A stretch of DNA of 64,000 bases from contig JAUSBR010000012.1 in NCBI GenBank assembly GCA_030651895.1, positions 54,812 through 118,811 on the forward strand, written 5' to 3'. Shown piece after piece: positions 61,539 through 64,000 of this stretch; position 1 is the first letter of the stretch; the number at the start of each line of letters is the position of its first letter. Source of the stretch: Sideroxyarcus sp. (GTDB lineage Bacteria; Pseudomonadota; Gammaproteobacteria; Burkholderiales; Gallionellaceae). The notes beneath the pieces are model-generated. The model was not told the origin of the DNA. It worked only from the letters and a program-made list of their open reading frames with translations, and ran no database searches. A program made the position numbers and the translations under genes.

Positions 61539-62306
61539 ATGCGAATCATCACCCTCAACTTTAACGGCATCCGTTCCGCCTACAACAAGGGCTTCCTCGA
61601 ATGGTTCGGCAAGCAAGATGCCAACATCCTCTGTGTGCAGGAACTCAAGGCCCAAGAACCGGATATGACCCCGGATATGCTCTCCCCGCTCGGTTACCAC
61701 GGCTATTTCCACTATGCCGAGAAGAAGGGCTATAGCGGCGTCGGCATCTACAGCAAGAACAAACCGGACAAAGTCATCGTCGGCCTCGGCATCCCTGAAT
61801 TCGATGCCGAAGGCCGCTATATCGAAGCCCAGTTTGGCAAGCTCAGCGTGGTTTCGCTCTACCTGCCCTCCGGCTCCAGCGGCGAAGAACGCCAGGCCGT
61901 GAAGTTCAAATTCCTCGAAGCCTTCATGCCGCACATGGTTGCGTTGATGAAGAGCGGTCGCGATGTCATCGTTTGCGGCGACTGGAACATCGCCCATACC
62001 GAGAAGGACCTGAAGAACTGGAAGGGCAACAAAAAGAACTCCGGCTTCCTGCCCGAAGAACGCGCCTGGCTCACCCAGCTGTTCAACGAAGTCGGCTTCG
62101 TCGACGTGTTCCGCAAACTGCACCCCGAACTGGAAGCCTACACCTGGTGGTCCAACCGCGGCCAGGCTTGGGCCAAGGATGTGGGTTGGCGTCTGGACTA
62201 TCAGGCGGTCACACCCGGTATGGCCGAGAAGGCGATAAAGACCGGCATCTACAAGGAACAGCGCTTCAGCGATCACGCACCGTTCATGGTGGATTACGCC
62301 GACTAA
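61539..62306 (+). CDS. xth: Exodeoxyribonuclease III / AP endonuclease
   Basis: NFNGIR, QELK, GYSGV, GDWNIAH, GWRLDY, SDHAP. Confidence 0.96.
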   Translation: MRIITLNFNGIRSAYNKGFLEWFGKQDANILCVQELKAQEPDMTPDMLSPLGYHGYFHYAEKKGYSGVGIYSKNKPDKVIVGLGIPEFDAEGRYIEAQFGKLSVVSLYLPSGSSGEERQAVKFKFLEAFMPHMVALMKSGRDVIVCGDWNIAHTEKDLKNWKGNKKNSGFLPEERAWLTQLFNEVGFVDVFRKLHPELEAYTWWSNRGQAWAKDVGWRLDYQAVTPGMAEKAIKTGIYKEQRFSDHAPFMVDYAD

Positions 62307-62315
62307 TTAAGAAAG

Positions 62316-62369
62316 CCGTTCGTGGTGACCCTTCGACAGGCTCAGGACTAAAGGCAATGTCGAAGGGTG
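62316..62369. repeat. Palindromic element after xth
   Basis: CCGTTCGTGGTG then ACCCTTCGACA...TGTCGAAGGGT inverted repeat. Confidence 0.55.
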
Positions 62370-62382
62370 AACACAACAAGGG

Positions 62383-63009
62383 ATGTCAATGAACAAGCTC
62401 AACGAACCTTTGATTTTGCTGGTGCTGGGTATCGCCCTCCTCGCACTCACCGCCATCCACCCCCACGACTACCCCACTTGGTGGATGGAAACCGCGCCCG
62501 TCTTCATCGCCGTCCCCATCCTCGTCGCCACCTACAAAAGCTACACCCTCACTCCTCTGCTCTACCGCCTGCTGTTCCTGCACGCGCTCATCCTCATGGT
62601 CGGTGGCCATTACACCTATGCCGAAGTGCCGCTGGGCTACTGGATGCAGGACTGGTTCGGCTTCGCGCGCAACAACTACGACAAGATCGGCCACCTCGCG
62701 CAGGGCTTCATCCCAGCCATGCTGTTCCGCGAACTGCTGATGCGCAGCTCACCGTTGAAACAGGGCAAGTTGCTGTTCACACTGGTGACCGCCTGCTGCC
62801 TCGCGGTCAGCGCAGTGTACGAACTCATCGAATGGGCGGCGGCAGAAATGATGGGCCAGGGCGCGGATGCTTTCCTCGGCACACAGGGTTATGCGTGGGA
62901 TACGCAGTCGGATATGTTGATGGCGTTGATCGGGGCGGTTGTTGCGCAGGTGCTGTTGGGGAAAGTGCAGGACAGGCAGTTAGGTCAGAGTAGGTTGGGT
63001 GGAGCGTAG
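62383..63009 (+). CDS. DUF2238 (YjdF-like) membrane protein
   Basis: GGHYTYAEVPLG, RNNYDKIGH, YELIEW, FLGTQGYAWDTQSDM; stop codon lies in the REP. Confidence 0.88.
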   Translation: MSMNKLNEPLILLVLGIALLALTAIHPHDYPTWWMETAPVFIAVPILVATYKSYTLTPLLYRLLFLHALILMVGGHYTYAEVPLGYWMQDWFGFARNNYDKIGHLAQGFIPAMLFRELLMRSSPLKQGKLLFTLVTACCLAVSAVYELIEWAAAEMMGQGADAFLGTQGYAWDTQSDMLMALIGAVVAQVLLGKVQDRQLGQSRLGGA

Positions 63010-63059
63010 CGATACCCAACAAACAATCGATGGGTATCGCGTTGCTCAACCCATCCTAC
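62990..63059. repeat. Inverted GTAG-type REP doublet (REPIN-like)
   Basis: GTAGGTTGGGTGGAGCGTAGCGATACCCAAC-8 bp-GATGGGTATCGCGTTGCTCAACCCATCCTAC. Confidence 0.85.
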
Positions 63060-63064
63060 GCGGG

Positions 63065-63298
63065 CTAAGAAAACAATGAAACAACAATATGCTTGAATCC
63101 AAGCATGGCGGCGCTGAAACCAATAACAATAAATGCAGCAGGCACACAACATCCAATAGCTTGGCCTGCTTTGCGCTGTCGGCCTGAGCGCGTGAGGGGA
63201 ATACCAATTTGACGAGACAATTGAGCTTTTGCGCTTGAAATCCCAAGTGCTCGTTTCCATGAAAAGGATAATCCCGGGATACCTCTTTTTCTGCTCAT
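63065..63298 (-). CDS. Small basic hypothetical protein with C-terminal TM
   Basis: MSRKRGIPGLSFSWKRALGIS..GIPLTRSGRQRK; follows 63315-63638 on the same strand. Confidence 0.65.
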   Translation of the reverse strand: MSRKRGIPGLSFSWKRALGISSAKAQLSRQIGIPLTRSGRQRKAGQAIGCCVPAAFIVIGFSAAMLGFKHIVVSLFS

Positions 63299-63314
63299 GA
63301 TGGATGTACCTAAA

Positions 63315-63638
63315 TTATGATTTTTGATCCCAACCGACAACTATTCCATCCTCAACCGTAATACGGAGTGCAAAGCGTCCCTTTCCTGTTTCATTGTATT
63401 TCCATACTTCCTTTGTTTTTGTCTTCAAAACTTTTGTGTCGATATCTACAGGATCGCCTAAGGAATCGGTTAATTGCTCAGGTGTTTGGCCTTGCCAAAA
63501 CGATTTGCTCATAATTTTGTTTACGATTTCAGAATCGCCATATTTTGCAAAAAGTGCTTCGCGGCGCTTTTTATCACGATGATTTGAATAAGCTACCCAA
63601 GCAACTATGACAATTACTAAAACGACAATGAGTTCCAT
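63315..63638 (-). CDS. Small AT-rich membrane-anchored hypothetical protein
   Basis: AAGGAG SD, N-terminal TM, GQTPEQLTDSLGDP..EVWKY (SmpA/BLIP-like pattern). Confidence 0.78.
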   Translation of the reverse strand: MELIVVLVIVIVAWVAYSNHRDKKRREALFAKYGDSEIVNKIMSKSFWQGQTPEQLTDSLGDPVDIDTKVLKTKTKEVWKYNETGKGRFALRITVEDGIVVGWDQKS

Positions 63639-63662
63639 AATCGCTCCTTATAGTAAAGAAGT

Positions 63663-64000
63663 TCAGTGATTTGCTAAATTGTGTTGTTTTTCACCCCACG
63701 GCGCAACCTTCAACAACAACAACATCCCCGGTATCGCCAGCACCGCACACAACAAAAAGAACATCGTCCATCCCATCGACTCCACCAACCACCCCGTCGC
63801 CGCATTGGCAAACGTGCGCGGTATCGCCATTAAACTTGTGAACAGCGCGAACTGTGTAGCGGTGTAGGCCGGGTGAGTGGTGCGGGCGATGAAGGCGACG
63901 AAGGCGACGGTGCCGAGGCCGACGCCCAGAGCTTCAAGCCCGATCACAATGGCGAGTTGCGCGCGTTCAGCGACGCCGATGACTTCGAAGTGTCCCTTGG
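63663..64000 (-). CDS. AmpG-like MFS permease, C-terminal part (runs off window)
   Basis: AFVAFIAR..YTATQFALFTSL..GWLVESMGW..FF. Confidence 0.8.
   Translation of the reverse strand, partial: KGHFEVIGVAERAQLAIVIGLEALGVGLGTVAFVAFIARTTHPAYTATQFALFTSLMAIPRTFANAATGWLVESMGWTMFFLLCAVLAIPGMLLLLKVAPWGEKQHNLANH

Overview
Chromosomal origin region of a GC-rich, autotrophic betaproteobacterium. Gene order and a form II RuBisCO near oriC suggest Gallionellaceae (Sideroxydans/Gallionella-like); this is inference, not a database result. Left of the origin, mostly on the minus strand: glmS-glmU, the atp operon, parAB, rsmG, mnmG, mnmE, yidC, yidD, rnpA and rpmH. Then dnaA, a probable oriC, dnaN and gyrB, with two parS sites flanking the origin. 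Next come topA-smg-dprA-LysM, def-fmt-rsmB-ntrYX-like, a Calvin/glycolysis operon (tkt gap pgk pyk fba), cbbR with cbbM-cbbQ-cbbO-terC, fbp-purE-psiE-purC-carbonic anhydrase, pyrE and xth. The main accessory element lies between fba and cbbR (about 47.6-49.85 kb): an integron cassette array with no integrase in the window. It has an attI/Pc-like region, a two-gene cassette (membrane-anchored beta-strand protein plus stand-alone GT51 peptidoglycan transglycosylase) bounded by complementary GTTAGCC/GGCTAAC core sites, a canonical-geometry but mutated attC, and a putative abortive-infection (putAbiC-like) gene. The two-gene cassette is the best candidate for an undescribed, possibly anti-phage, system. 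Also found: a Correia-like MITE in the xth leader, GTAG-type REPs beside small AT-rich orphan genes, a multi-hairpin RNA between cbbM and cbbQ, and purE without an adjacent purK. No rRNA, tRNA or CRISPR array was seen.
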